Of a stretch of 64,000 nt of DNA, positions 32,462-42,204 are shown piece by piece. Position numbers and translations under genes: made by a program. Positions within the stretch are counted from its first letter, which is position 1; the number at the start of each line of letters is the position of its first letter. The stretch is from Thermoplasmata archaeon (lineage in GTDB: Archaea > Thermoplasmatota > Thermoplasmata > RBG-16-68-12 > JAGMCJ01): the NCBI GenBank assembly GCA_023136265.1, contig JAGLRN010000002.1, forward strand, positions 667 to 64,666, read 5' to 3'. Under the pieces are notes generated by a model, which made no database searches, was not told where the DNA came from, and was given only the letters and a program-made list of their open reading frames with translations.

Positions 32462-32629
32462 ATGCTCCTAGGCTCAGCGAAAGCCAAAAGAAAGGCACTC
32501 TTCGGAAAAGCCTTCCTCATCGAGCTTCAGCGAGGCAACACCGCGAATGCCACGCTGTTCGCCAAGGCATTCTTGAAACAGAACGATTTGGCAAACACCG
32601 GCGGAGCACACGGGTTCGCACAGAACTAG
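32462..32629 (+). CDS. Small basic 55-aa protein (not in ORF track)
   Basis: MLLGSAKAKRKALFGKAFL...TLFAKAFL...; TTATAT about 26 nt upstream of the ATG; synonymous divergence between internal repeats. Confidence 0.5.
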   Translation: MLLGSAKAKRKALFGKAFLIELQRGNTANATLFAKAFLKQNDLANTGGAHGFAQN

Positions 32630-33258
32630 AACTCGGATTCCAGTATTTTGACAACGTCCTCCTTGACATCGTCCAATGTCTGAGATGCGTTGACCACTCG
32701 GAACCTCTCCTCGGATTCTGACAGGCTCCTGTACACCCTGTCGACCTCGACCAGAAAGTCGAGCTTCTCGAACTTGGTCATCTTCGAGCGGTTCGATATC
32801 CTCTGCATTGCGATCTCGGGGTTGACTTGCAGGAGGAATGTGATATCGGGAACGAGCACGTAGGGCGCGCTCGCATTCTTCAACCATTCCACTGCATCCT
32901 CCATCCCTTCAGCCTGAAGTGAGGCTCCTTGGTACGCGAGTGTCGAGTCGATGTACCTGTCGGAGACGACGATCTTTCCCTCCGAAATCCACTCCTCAAT
33001 TTGGAGCGTGTGCTGGGCTCTGTCGGCCATGAACAGCAAGGCCTCCGTGAAGGCATGGACACCTTCGGAGAAGCCCCTTTTCACGGAGTCGCCGATCCAG
33101 GTCGTCGTCGGCTCCACGGTACGGACCACATCGAGCCCCTTGGAACGCAGCCACTCGGAGATGAACTTGGATATCGTCGTCTTGCCGCAACCATCGATTC
33201 CCTCAGCCGTGATAAAGCTACAGCGCCTTCTCTCCCCAACTCCCTCAAGCGGACTCAA
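32626..33258 (-). CDS. tmk: Thymidylate kinase
   Basis: EGIDGCGKTT, LFMADRAQH, DRY..STLAYQG. Confidence 0.95.
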   Translation of the reverse strand: MSPLEGVGERRRCSFITAEGIDGCGKTTISKFISEWLRSKGLDVVRTVEPTTTWIGDSVKRGFSEGVHAFTEALLFMADRAQHTLQIEEWISEGKIVVSDRYIDSTLAYQGASLQAEGMEDAVEWLKNASAPYVLVPDITFLLQVNPEIAMQRISNRSKMTKFEKLDFLVEVDRVYRSLSESEERFRVVNASQTLDDVKEDVVKILESEF

Positions 33259-33395
33259 CAGATGGTGAAGAATATCAGAGCTTATAAGGGTAATCGAAAC
33301 GACAACTGTGAGGGGCCGGACAGGGCGTTCACAAACGTTTTAATATCCTCCTCTCATTCCCCTCTCTGCAGGTTTCGTTGAGAGGGGGAAAGGCG

Positions 33396-33566
33396 ATGAA
33401 ACTGTGTCCAGATACTAGGGAATTTCCCAATGATGCTGATAGAAACGGCTCCTGCAGAAAATGCGGTTGCCGGTTGATACTTCTTCCGAGGGATAGAAGG
33501 AGCGGGTACTGTTTCGAGTGCTATGATCCGTTTCTAATCGAGGAGTCCGGCTTCGAAGCGGCCTAG
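33396..33566 (+). CDS. Small zinc-finger protein
   Basis: CRKC...CFEC pair; purine-rich SD upstream. Confidence 0.5.
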   Translation: MKLCPDTREFPNDADRNGSCRKCGCRLILLPRDRRSGYCFECYDPFLIEESGFEAA

Positions 33567-34027
33567 GAGTACTTGCGCTTCAGTTCATTCTCCTTTTCTT
33601 TTCTCTTCGCCTTCCACTCTTCGACATCCTTCGATATCCACGACTCGGGCCTGCCCTCCGCCTTCATGCCCTCGACAGGAGGCCCGTGAATCTTGTCCCA
33701 GAATTCAAGCTCTTTCTGGACCTTCTGCTTCGAATCCTTGGTGAGTCCCCTTCTTCTCGCGGGCGCACCTTCCAAGGTCTTGATCCAATCAGCGAGTTCG
33801 GAGAGGAAATCCGACTTCCGCTTCCCCTCCCAGACGAGCCGGGACTTCAGCGTAACGCCCCTTTCTTCGTCCCTGTCGAAATAAGCCGTGACCTTGTCGT
33901 CCCTTCCAATCCATTCGAAATTCCCCAGCGAGCCCTTCCACCTCAGTCCGTGCTTCCTCAGTATCCTCTTGAAACCATCCTTGTTGCGCGAATAGGTGCT
34001 TCCTTCGAGCTCGAACTCCTTCTTCAT
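33563..34027 (-). CDS. Hypothetical protein
   Basis: 154-aa ORF with GGAGA SD, co-oriented with prsW. Confidence 0.7.
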   Translation of the reverse strand: MKKEFELEGSTYSRNKDGFKRILRKHGLRWKGSLGNFEWIGRDDKVTAYFDRDEERGVTLKSRLVWEGKRKSDFLSELADWIKTLEGAPARRRGLTKDSKQKVQKELEFWDKIHGPPVEGMKAEGRPESWISKDVEEWKAKRKEKENELKRKYS

Positions 34028-34061
34028 CTCTCCTTCCCTAAACGCAGGAGACGAAAAGAAA

Positions 34062-34808
34062 CTATCTATGGTCCTTTGCTCGGATGCCGTACCTGACGAG
34101 GCTGAAGGCTGCGACCGCGAATATGATGGCGAGAGAGAAGCCGTACAGAACCGCCGTCGGGTCTTCGTAAATCAACTCGAAGGATGCGAGATAGTTGAAC
34201 ACGCCGTGCATGAAGACGGCCAGGAGATAATACGGAAGGACGGCGGCCCCTCTGAACAGCAGGCTCCGTCCTACACCATATCCCATGACGGCCGACGCGC
34301 TCGCGTGCAGCAGAGAGGAGGATATGGACCTCACGAGTATCAGGATGATCGACGCTCGGAAATCCTCAATCATGAGGTAAGCCGCGAGGCCATACAGCAC
34401 GTTCTCCGTGGCAGCGAATCCGAGACCGCTTGCCGCTCCGTAGACCATTCCGTCCTCGGCTTCCGTTATCGATTCTCTGACAGTGTAGACTCCGATGCCC
34501 TTGGCGAATTCCTCGACCATGGGCGCAACGACGGAGAAGAGCAGAAGAATCCAAATGGTAGACTCGGGTCGAAGCCAGTAGTATTGCCGCTGTATCGTCT
34601 CCCCGAGAACGTAGACCACGAGGGTGCTCAGTATGATCGAGACTACCACGGCGATGATCGCTCCCCAGAGGAAGACCTTCGCGATCTGCCTCCAGGGCTC
34701 CACCTCGAACCTCTCAGAGCGTCTGACCCAGATGACGTAGATTATCGCGGGTACGAAGGATACGAGGATTAGAATCGCTATCTCAAGTTCAGGCGGAAGC
34801 GAATCCAT
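34062..34808 (-). CDS. PrsW-family intramembrane metalloprotease
   Basis: VEEFAKG, GLGFAATEN, H in TMs (LLHA, FMHG). Confidence 0.9.
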   Translation of the reverse strand: MDSLPPELEIAILILVSFVPAIIYVIWVRRSERFEVEPWRQIAKVFLWGAIIAVVVSIILSTLVVYVLGETIQRQYYWLRPESTIWILLLFSVVAPMVEEFAKGIGVYTVRESITEAEDGMVYGAASGLGFAATENVLYGLAAYLMIEDFRASIILILVRSISSSLLHASASAVMGYGVGRSLLFRGAAVLPYYLLAVFMHGVFNYLASFELIYEDPTAVLYGFSLAIIFAVAAFSLVRYGIRAKDHR

Positions 34809-34833
34809 TGAATGGCTCCGTTAATCCGAGCCC

Positions 34834-37464
34834 TCAGGTTTCCTGAGACCTCATCGCGATTACGTACTCAGATAGGGGCTTGTGGGATACATGAGTCTTT
34901 TCCACTCGTTTTCCCTTTTTCCACTCGAATGTATGCACGGTCATCTTGAGCGGGTCCTGGAGTCCAGGTATGGAACGAATCTCCTTCAGCGTCATCGTGA
35001 ATATGTCCTTCTTCTTACTGAGTGCCCATTCCGTGGCATAAACGAACGCCCGCGTCTTGACCACGGTGTCCGGGTTGAGGGACATGCTGTTGATTCCCTC
35101 CTTCACCAGGAACGCCGCGATGGACGGCCAGTCCGAAGGGGCCTGTCCGCATATCCCAATCTTCTTCTTTTTCTTCCTCGCCGTCCGAACCACGCTGGAG
35201 AGCATCTTCTTGACGGCTTTGTGCCTCTCGTCGAAGAGATGTGAGACGAGCTCGCTGTCCCTGTCAAGGCCCAGAGTCAGCTGGGTGAGGTCGTTGCTGC
35301 CGATCGAGAAGCCATCGAATATCTCCGCGAACTCCTCCGCCAGGATGACGTTGCTGGGAATCTCGCACATGACGTAGACCCGGAAGCCGTCCTTGCCCTG
35401 CTTGAGCCCGTTCTCCTCCATCAGAGCGATGACCTTCCTTGCCTCCTCGGGCGTGCGACAGAAGGGGACCATTGCTAGGACATTCTTCACTCCCATCTCG
35501 CCTCTGACCTTGTGCAGCGCCTTGCACTCAAGAGCGAAGGCATCCTTGAACTCCGGTGAGTAGTAGCGACTGGCACCGCGATATCCTATCATCGGATTGG
35601 ATTCCTCGGGTTCGTAGTACCGACCGCCGATGAGATTCGCGTATTCGTTCGTCTTGAAGTCGGAAAGACGGACGATGACGTCGTGAGGATGGAAGCCCAC
35701 TCCTATACGTGCGATTCCATAGGCGAGCTTGTCGATGAAGTACTGGGCCTTGTCCTTGTATCCCAGGGTGAGCCTGTCGATCGTCTCGAGAGCGTCCTCG
35801 TAGTACTCCTTCTTCTCGCGGATCTCTTTCTTCTTCTCGGGATCCTTTCCGGCCTTCTGTAACTTCTTCTTGTAGCCGCCCTTGACAAATCTCGAGAGCT
35901 TCTTGTAGTCCAGTAGCGCTTGCGGATGAATCTGAATGTGCGAGTTTATGATGAACTCCTCTCTTGCCAGCCCCACACCGTTGTGCGGGAGCTGTCCCTG
36001 AGTGAACGCGAGCTCCGGGATGCCCGCATTGACCATGATCTGCGTCCGCGTCTTGGGCATCTTCTCAATCTCGAGGTGTCGGACATCGTAGTCCAGGAGG
36101 CCGTCGTAGACAAGCCCCCGTCCCTGTGAGCAGTCCGTTGTGACGTCAGAGCCCTGCCTGATGTTCTGGCTGCCGTTCTCGGTCCCGATTATGCACGGGA
36201 TCCCCAGCTCTCTGGAGACTATCGCCGCGTGGCAGGTCCTCCCGCCCGTGTCAGTGACGATGGCAGCGGCCTTCTTCATGATCGGTTCCCAGTCGGGGTT
36301 CGTCGAGCTTGTGACCAAGACCTCCCCGCCTTTGAAGCGGCCGATCTCCTTCACTGAGCTTATGACGTTCGCCCTTCCCTGACCTATCATCTCGCCGACC
36401 GCCTCACCTTCGACGACGACTTTTCCCTTCTTCTTCAGCCTGTACGTCACCAGGACGCTTCCGGATTTCGCAGCATGGACGGTCTCCGGCCTTGCCTGGA
36501 GGATGTGGAGATGCCCCGTTCTGCCGTCCTTCGCCCACTCTATGTCCATGGGCATTCCGTAATGCTTCTCTATCTCGATTGCCCAGGAAGCGAGCAACTC
36601 CGCCTCCTCGTCAGAGATTACAAATCGGATCCTTTGCGAGGGGGGAACGGTCCTCTCAATGGTCCCGCCGCCACGCGCGTAGACGAGCTTCTTGTCCTTC
36701 AGTCCGAGCTTCTTATCGATGACCTTCCCGGTCTCCTTGAACACGTAGAAGCTGTCGGGATTGACCGTGCCCTGGACGACGTACTCCCCCAGACCGTACG
36801 CTCCATTGATGTAGACGACGTTCCTGAAACCGGTCTCGGTGTCCAGAGTGAACAGCACTCCTGCGGATGCCAGATCGGACCTCACCATGAGCTGGACAGC
36901 GGCAGAGAGGTAGCTGTCGAGATGGGAGAAGTTCCTGTCCACCCGGTAGGAGATCGCTCTGTCCGTGAAGAGCGAGGCGAAACACTCCTGAACGGCGCGC
37001 ACGACGCTTTCGGATCCGCGCACGTTCAGATATGACTCCTGCTGACCCGCGAAAGAGGCGTCGACCGTGTCTTCGGCCGTCGCACTGCTCCGGACCGCGG
37101 TATCGACGTTCTTGACCCCTGACTCCTCGCAGAGCTTCTGATATGCATCCTTAATCTCCGAAACCAACTCAGGGGGCATCTTCGCGCGCACGATGGCATT
37201 CCTGATCTTCCTTCCCCTTTCCTGCAGGTTCTTGATGTCGTGCGTGTCGAGGTCGGAAAGCGTATCCTCTATGAACTTGTCCAGACCCGTCTTCTTGATC
37301 ATCAGTTTATAGGCGTTTGTGGTCACAGCGAAACCGTCTGGAACGGGAACGGTTGGCAGGTTCACGAGCATCTCACCGAGAGAGGCCCCCTTCCCGCCCG
37401 CCAAGTGAACATCCTCCTTCCTGATCTCTCTGAACCAGAGAATCATTTTCTCTTCACGTTTCAT
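34834..37464 (-). CDS. ppsA: Phosphoenolpyruvate synthase
   Basis: GGKGASLGEM, AVRSSATAED, GGRTCHAAIVSRE, SIGSNDLTQ. Confidence 0.97.
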   Translation of the reverse strand: MKREEKMILWFREIRKEDVHLAGGKGASLGEMLVNLPTVPVPDGFAVTTNAYKLMIKKTGLDKFIEDTLSDLDTHDIKNLQERGRKIRNAIVRAKMPPELVSEIKDAYQKLCEESGVKNVDTAVRSSATAEDTVDASFAGQQESYLNVRGSESVVRAVQECFASLFTDRAISYRVDRNFSHLDSYLSAAVQLMVRSDLASAGVLFTLDTETGFRNVVYINGAYGLGEYVVQGTVNPDSFYVFKETGKVIDKKLGLKDKKLVYARGGGTIERTVPPSQRIRFVISDEEAELLASWAIEIEKHYGMPMDIEWAKDGRTGHLHILQARPETVHAAKSGSVLVTYRLKKKGKVVVEGEAVGEMIGQGRANVISSVKEIGRFKGGEVLVTSSTNPDWEPIMKKAAAIVTDTGGRTCHAAIVSRELGIPCIIGTENGSQNIRQGSDVTTDCSQGRGLVYDGLLDYDVRHLEIEKMPKTRTQIMVNAGIPELAFTQGQLPHNGVGLAREEFIINSHIQIHPQALLDYKKLSRFVKGGYKKKLQKAGKDPEKKKEIREKKEYYEDALETIDRLTLGYKDKAQYFIDKLAYGIARIGVGFHPHDVIVRLSDFKTNEYANLIGGRYYEPEESNPMIGYRGASRYYSPEFKDAFALECKALHKVRGEMGVKNVLAMVPFCRTPEEARKVIALMEENGLKQGKDGFRVYVMCEIPSNVILAEEFAEIFDGFSIGSNDLTQLTLGLDRDSELVSHLFDERHKAVKKMLSSVVRTARKKKKKIGICGQAPSDWPSIAAFLVKEGINSMSLNPDTVVKTRAFVYATEWALSKKKDIFTMTLKEIRSIPGLQDPLKMTVHTFEWKKGKRVEKTHVSHKPLSEYVIAMRSQET

Positions 37465-37535
37465 CTTCGAATCCTCCTTACTGGAGCAACCAACCACACA
37501 TTTCGAGCACCTATTTATCTCTTGCTGAAGAAGTT

Positions 37536-38081
37536 CTAATCGAAACCGAGTTCTGCGATCCTCAAGGAGGCGCGGCTTCCCTCCATGAAGCGGTAGACCG
37601 CTGCATGCTTGCTTCCCTCCATGAGCATCTCGACGGCCTTCTCCGCTACCCCGAGCTGAACCATATCGCCAATCAATCCGACCGTATTGCCGTATATGGA
37701 GACGTCGACACCAGTGAGCTCCTCGACGAGCCTTCTTGTCTTGCCCCCCGTTCCGATCAACCGCGCTCGGACCTGCCTGACCCTCTTCGCGTTCTTGCCC
37801 GCGAAGTCCCTAACGTCGAACATCCTGAGGAAGATATCATCCTCGAGAAGGCGAAAGGCCCTTTCCTCGGAGAACCCCCTTCCGATGGCCTTGACGATGT
37901 CCTGGACCGTCAGCGCGTTGGATGGGTCCTCGGCCTGCTCCTCGTCAATGGTGACCTCACCGTTCTCGGAGTCGATCACAACCTTGACTCCCGTGGCATC
38001 TTCCAGCTTCTTCTTGGTCTCGCCATTCTCCCCGATGAGCACGCCGACTCTCCTCATAGGTATCTTGACATAGAGCATCAT
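37536..38081 (-). CDS. KH-domain rRNA-processing protein (Dim2/Pno1-like)
   Basis: GVLIGENG, GRGFS, RLIG..GK; downstream of rio1. Confidence 0.9.
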   Translation of the reverse strand: MMLYVKIPMRRVGVLIGENGETKKKLEDATGVKVVIDSENGEVTIDEEQAEDPSNALTVQDIVKAIGRGFSEERAFRLLEDDIFLRMFDVRDFAGKNAKRVRQVRARLIGTGGKTRRLVEELTGVDVSIYGNTVGLIGDMVQLGVAEKAVEMLMEGSKHAAVYRFMEGSRASLRIAELGFD

Positions 38082-38839
38082 TCACCCCTCACTCGCTTGA
38101 TGACGTCCTCGAGGTCTGCCTCCACTCCGAGCTTCACGAAGTACCTGGTGATGTTCGCAATGTCCCTCCGGAACCACTCCTCGGCCATCGCGTGTTCAAG
38201 GGGAACGCCTTGGCCCACATCGATTATCACGGGCGTGTCGCCATCCATCAGGATGTTGTACTCGCTCAGGTCGCCGTGCACGAGGCTGACCTCGTGAATC
38301 CTTCTGACGTTCTCCACAATGTCATCGAAGACCTCCTCCGGGGAGTCGACGAATACGTCTTTCAACAGGGGCGCTGGCATTTCTTCCGTCCCGATGTACT
38401 CCATCGCGATCATGTTGTTGAGACAGTACAGTGGCTTGGGGACTCGCACCTTGCCAGATGTCATCCTCTCGAGGTTGCGGTGTTCCTTCCTCGCCCACAT
38501 ACGGATAACCTTCTTGCGGTTCTTCTGGACACCGCCGAACCTGGGATCTCCCACGATGTACTTGGAGATGTGCTTGAACGTGGCCGTCGAGATCCTGTAG
38601 ACCTTCAGCGCGACGCTCCCGTCGGGCCCGGAACACTTGAAGACACTGCCCTCCTTGCCCGTGGATATGGGGAAGTCCACCGAATCGAAGATTCCCTCCT
38701 TGAACAGCTTGTAGACGGACATAAGGGTCTCCCGGTCGAACACCTCATCGAGGGTCTTCCGATCATCGGCATCCTTCACTCTCATCCGCCATGAATCGAT
38801 CTTTATGTCCATCCGTCTCAGTTTCTTCTCGTCCACCAT
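38078..38839 (-). CDS. rio1: RIO1 serine kinase
   Basis: ISTGKE, VHGDLSEYNIL, IIDVGQ. Confidence 0.94.
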   Translation of the reverse strand: MVDEKKLRRMDIKIDSWRMRVKDADDRKTLDEVFDRETLMSVYKLFKEGIFDSVDFPISTGKEGSVFKCSGPDGSVALKVYRISTATFKHISKYIVGDPRFGGVQKNRKKVIRMWARKEHRNLERMTSGKVRVPKPLYCLNNMIAMEYIGTEEMPAPLLKDVFVDSPEEVFDDIVENVRRIHEVSLVHGDLSEYNILMDGDTPVIIDVGQGVPLEHAMAEEWFRRDIANITRYFVKLGVEADLEDVIKRVRGE

Positions 38840-38929
38840 GGGGTTTGTTCCTGGTCATACTCAGACAATCTCTCGCTGATGAGAGAAAGCCAACGTATCT
38901 AACTTGATGAAAATATTTAAGCTATTGTG

Positions 38930-39253
38930 CTAGAAGATGTCGACAAGCTTTGGGATCTTCCCCCTTCGACTGAGGTGGGTCGACTGAGTCCTCGTGTATC
39001 TGTACAGTATGTTCGCCTTCTCATCCTGGAACTCCCACGGCAGGATGATCAGAAGATCACCCTCGCGTATCCACATCCTCTTCCTGAGCTTTCCCGGGAT
39101 GCGGCCGAGCCTTGACTTCCCATCCGCACACGCAATCCTAATCTTCGACGCGCCAAGGAGCTGATCGGCGATCGCGAACATCTCCCCGAGTCTCGCCTTG
39201 GGGAGCCTGAGCCTGCCCACTCCTTCAGAACCGTCTCTTCTGTGGAATCCCAT
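38930..39253 (-). CDS. eif1a: Translation initiation factor aIF-1A
   Basis: LLGAS...C.DGK.R..RIPGK, WIREGD. Confidence 0.95.
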   Translation of the reverse strand: MGFHRRDGSEGVGRLRLPKARLGEMFAIADQLLGASKIRIACADGKSRLGRIPGKLRKRMWIREGDLLIILPWEFQDEKANILYRYTRTQSTHLSRRGKIPKLVDIF

Positions 39254-39309
39254 TCGCTCGAAGTAAAGGCAATATGGCTATAAGCGTTTGGGTTATGACT
39301 CTGGCGGAG

Positions 39310-40068
39310 TCAGAGTTCGAAGAACCTACCGTCCATTACGGCGACCCCTTCAGGAATGGTTACTCGTGCATCCTCGACGTAGCCAAACCAGTAGACGACC
39401 AGTCCTTCCCCGAACATGGACCGGTAGGGTTGCAGCTGTTTCTTCACGTGCCGTTTGAGCTCAAACGGGTCCCCGAATGTTGCCTTGGACTCTATCCACA
39501 TCCGGTCGGAGCCGTCCAACCTGAGAGGTTTGCGGAAAAGGGCGTCCGGAGTCTTCTTGTACTTACCTCTAAGCTCCGCTTCGGTCCGGTACTCGATGTT
39601 CTTCTTGTCCAACCATTCGTTCAGTTTGGCTTCTCCCCATCTGCCCCTCTCCCTCTGTATCTCGATACCTTCTGGAGAGTAGACGAGATCGGCCTTGCAG
39701 GCATTCATGATGTCTTGTCTGAGCCTGTTGTCCCTGATGTCTTCAGGCTTAAGGGCCATCTTCCAGAACCGCTTCCGGGAGATCTTGTTCTCCTGCATAA
39801 TCAGCAAGGCAGTAAGAATGGGCGGGAATGAGAACTCTTCAGATATTTGACGAAAGGACTTCCCGCTCTTCCAGAGATAGAGCATCTTTGGTGCCCTTCT
39901 CTTGACCACATAGAACCTCCTCGTAGCATCTCTGACAACGTTCTGTGTGTAGAGCACCATGAGCAGTTCTTTGTCCAACCCGCTGTTCTTGGCGATGGAC
40001 TTTACGTCCGAGAGCTTTTGCAAGCGGCTGGAAAGTTCTCTGTATTCCCCGTACTTCATTTCTGGCAC
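39310..40068 (-). CDS. TPD-domain (C15orf41/CDIN1-like) PD-(D/E)XK nuclease-fold protein
   Basis: KTPDAL, WIESKATFGD, Y...FG.G.VVYWFG. Confidence 0.8.
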   Translation of the reverse strand: MPEMKYGEYRELSSRLQKLSDVKSIAKNSGLDKELLMVLYTQNVVRDATRRFYVVKRRAPKMLYLWKSGKSFRQISEEFSFPPILTALLIMQENKISRKRFWKMALKPEDIRDNRLRQDIMNACKADLVYSPEGIEIQRERGRWGEAKLNEWLDKKNIEYRTEAELRGKYKKTPDALFRKPLRLDGSDRMWIESKATFGDPFELKRHVKKQLQPYRSMFGEGLVVYWFGYVEDARVTIPEGVAVMDGRFFEL

Positions 40069-40170
40069 AGCCTAGAAGCTATGTAAGGCCAGATTACGCC
40101 ACCACCTATTTCAAGCTTCCGAGACGGTTCCAGATATCTCACCAGAAGCATGGGAAGATAGAAATAGTCG

Positions 40171-40974
40171 GTGAAGGATTTTCGAGAAGAGATGGCTAGC
40201 GAAATCACGCGGATGATATCCGACACCGCCTATCAGGCCTACGTCAAGAGGCTTGAGATGCAGGTCGAGAGCGGCAAGATCCCCAGACACATCGCGATAA
40301 TCATGGACGGGAACAGAAGGTTCGCAAGAGACCTAGGCATCGATCCCAACGTCGGGCACGAGAGGGGAGGAGACAAGCTCAAGGAGGTCCTTCAGTGGTG
40401 CCTCGATGTCGGCGTCAAGGTCCTCACGGTCTATGCATTCTCCACGGAGAACCTGAAAAGGAGCAAGAAGGAGGTCAGTCATCTCATGAGCCTCTTCGCG
40501 GAGAACTTCAGGAGGATCGGTGAGGACGAGAGAGTCCACGAGCACGGCATAAGGGTCAGGGTGTTGGGACAAAGGGAGCTTCTCCCAAAGGACGTGAGGG
40601 AGGCGATAGAGTATGCGGAGGAGATGACCAAGGACTATAACAACTACTTCTACAACATCGCCATCGCCTACGGAGGGAGGGAAGAGATCATCACTGCCAT
40701 CAGAAGCCTCGCTCAGGACGTGAAGGATGGGAGGATCTCGGTTGACAGCATAGACGAGAAGACCTTCGCGTCCAAACTGTACACTGCGGATGTTCCAGAT
40801 CCCGACCTTATCCTGAGGACCTCGGGGGAGGAGAGGATAAGCAACTTCCTTCTGTGGCAGCTGGCCTACAGCGAGCTATACTTCGTCGACGTATACTGGC
40901 CTGGCTTTCGAAAACTGGATTTCCTGAGGGCGATAAGGTCCTATCAGATGAGACAGAGGAGATACGGCGAGTAG
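40171..40974 (+). CDS. uppS: cis-Prenyltransferase (polyprenyl diphosphate synthase)
   Basis: IIMDGNRRFA, FSTEN, RTSGEERISNFLLWQ. Confidence 0.96.
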   Translation: MKDFREEMASEITRMISDTAYQAYVKRLEMQVESGKIPRHIAIIMDGNRRFARDLGIDPNVGHERGGDKLKEVLQWCLDVGVKVLTVYAFSTENLKRSKKEVSHLMSLFAENFRRIGEDERVHEHGIRVRVLGQRELLPKDVREAIEYAEEMTKDYNNYFYNIAIAYGGREEIITAIRSLAQDVKDGRISVDSIDEKTFASKLYTADVPDPDLILRTSGEERISNFLLWQLAYSELYFVDVYWPGFRKLDFLRAIRSYQMRQRRYGE

Positions 40975-41661
40975 TCAGATTATTATCGCATCCGACGGCC
41001 GGAGAACCCTTACTCTGGTCCTCAGCTTCCTCTCTCTGACCGCCTTCTGGAACTCCTCGGGGGTTCCAGGGGGTCGAACCTCGCTTTCCCCTATGCGAGC
41101 GGGGTGCCAATGGATGGGGACGGCGGACTTGGCCTTAAGGCGGGCCGCCGCGTCCGCGGCCTCGTCCGGATCCATCACGCTGCGTCCTCCACGGATTCTC
41201 CCGCCGACGGGCAGAAGTGCAAGGTCTATCTCATACGTGTTTCCGATTGCGGCCATCTTTTCGAAGAGGAGAGTCGGACCCGCGAAATACACGTTCTTGG
41301 CGGAGGAGAACAGAACGCCAAAGGACCCCCTCGTATGCTTGGAGGGGAGAGTCACCACCCTCATGTCCCCGATGTTGAAGGCCCTTCCCGACTGGACCTC
41401 GTGCACGTTCACGAAGCCGCGCTTTTTGAGTCTCTTCTCGGTCCCGCGGGGACAAACCACGGGAATGGTCCTTCTCACTGGCTCCAGGACCTGCCATGAG
41501 AGTGTGTCCACTCCAGGATGCGTTACGACTATTCCATCGAGGCGGGGAAGATCGTCAAGGCTGACGGCCTTCTGCGTTCTGGGAAAGCAAGGATTGGTGA
41601 TCAGATTCGTACCATTGTTCCCAACCACAACACAGTCCTGCCACACGAGTGTGAGTCTCAT
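40975..41661 (-). CDS. MBL-fold protein with degenerate metal site
   Basis: Recognisable fold pattern (D.ALLPVGG, A...K.K..VPIHW) but THPGVDT and FAGPT. Confidence 0.7.
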   Translation of the reverse strand: MRLTLVWQDCVVVGNNGTNLITNPCFPRTQKAVSLDDLPRLDGIVVTHPGVDTLSWQVLEPVRRTIPVVCPRGTEKRLKKRGFVNVHEVQSGRAFNIGDMRVVTLPSKHTRGSFGVLFSSAKNVYFAGPTLLFEKMAAIGNTYEIDLALLPVGGRIRGGRSVMDPDEAADAAARLKAKSAVPIHWHPARIGESEVRPPGTPEEFQKAVRERKLRTRVRVLRPSDAIII

Positions 41662-41712
41662 GTCTTCAGACCCTTGATGCTCTCTGAACCTAGTCCTCAC
41701 CAAGTCCAACGA

Positions 41713-42204
41713 CTACTTCTGCTTTTCTATGTCCTCCTCTTCCTTCCTGTAGGTTCTCAACCTTGAACCGCAAACTTCGCAGACGTCAGAGTGGTCCTCG
41801 TAGCTCCTTCCACAGCCCACGCATCGATACCGCCATGACACTCTCTTCGTGATCTCTGGAAACATGACACCCTTGTATTCGATTCCCAACACCATGGCGA
41901 GATTCTGAATCGAGTAGTCGTCGGTGAGGATGGTTGCTTTCTCGTCCAACGCGAGCGCTAGGAGTCCAGTATCCGTCTGTGACAGCCTCTCGGAATCGCC
42001 GCTTTCCAGGGATGCTTCCATCACCCGTCCCATTCCCTCCTCCGATGGTGAAGCGATCCTGATCTTCACCTCGATGAAGGAGCGGAGCTCGGATGTCATT
42101 CCCTTTTTCTCCAGTTCTCGAATGACATCGGGCGTTGTGAGCATCTCATCCATCTCTGGATACTTGCCCACGAGAAGGGCCGAGGAGTCCAGCACAGCTT
42201 TCAT
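41713..42204 (-). CDS. nob1: Nob1-like PIN endonuclease with zinc ribbon
   Basis: VLDSSA, LSQTD..LLALA, TDDYSIQN, C..C...C..CG. Confidence 0.9.
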   Translation of the reverse strand: MKAVLDSSALLVGKYPEMDEMLTTPDVIRELEKKGMTSELRSFIEVKIRIASPSEEGMGRVMEASLESGDSERLSQTDTGLLALALDEKATILTDDYSIQNLAMVLGIEYKGVMFPEITKRVSWRYRCVGCGRSYEDHSDVCEVCGSRLRTYRKEEEDIEKQK

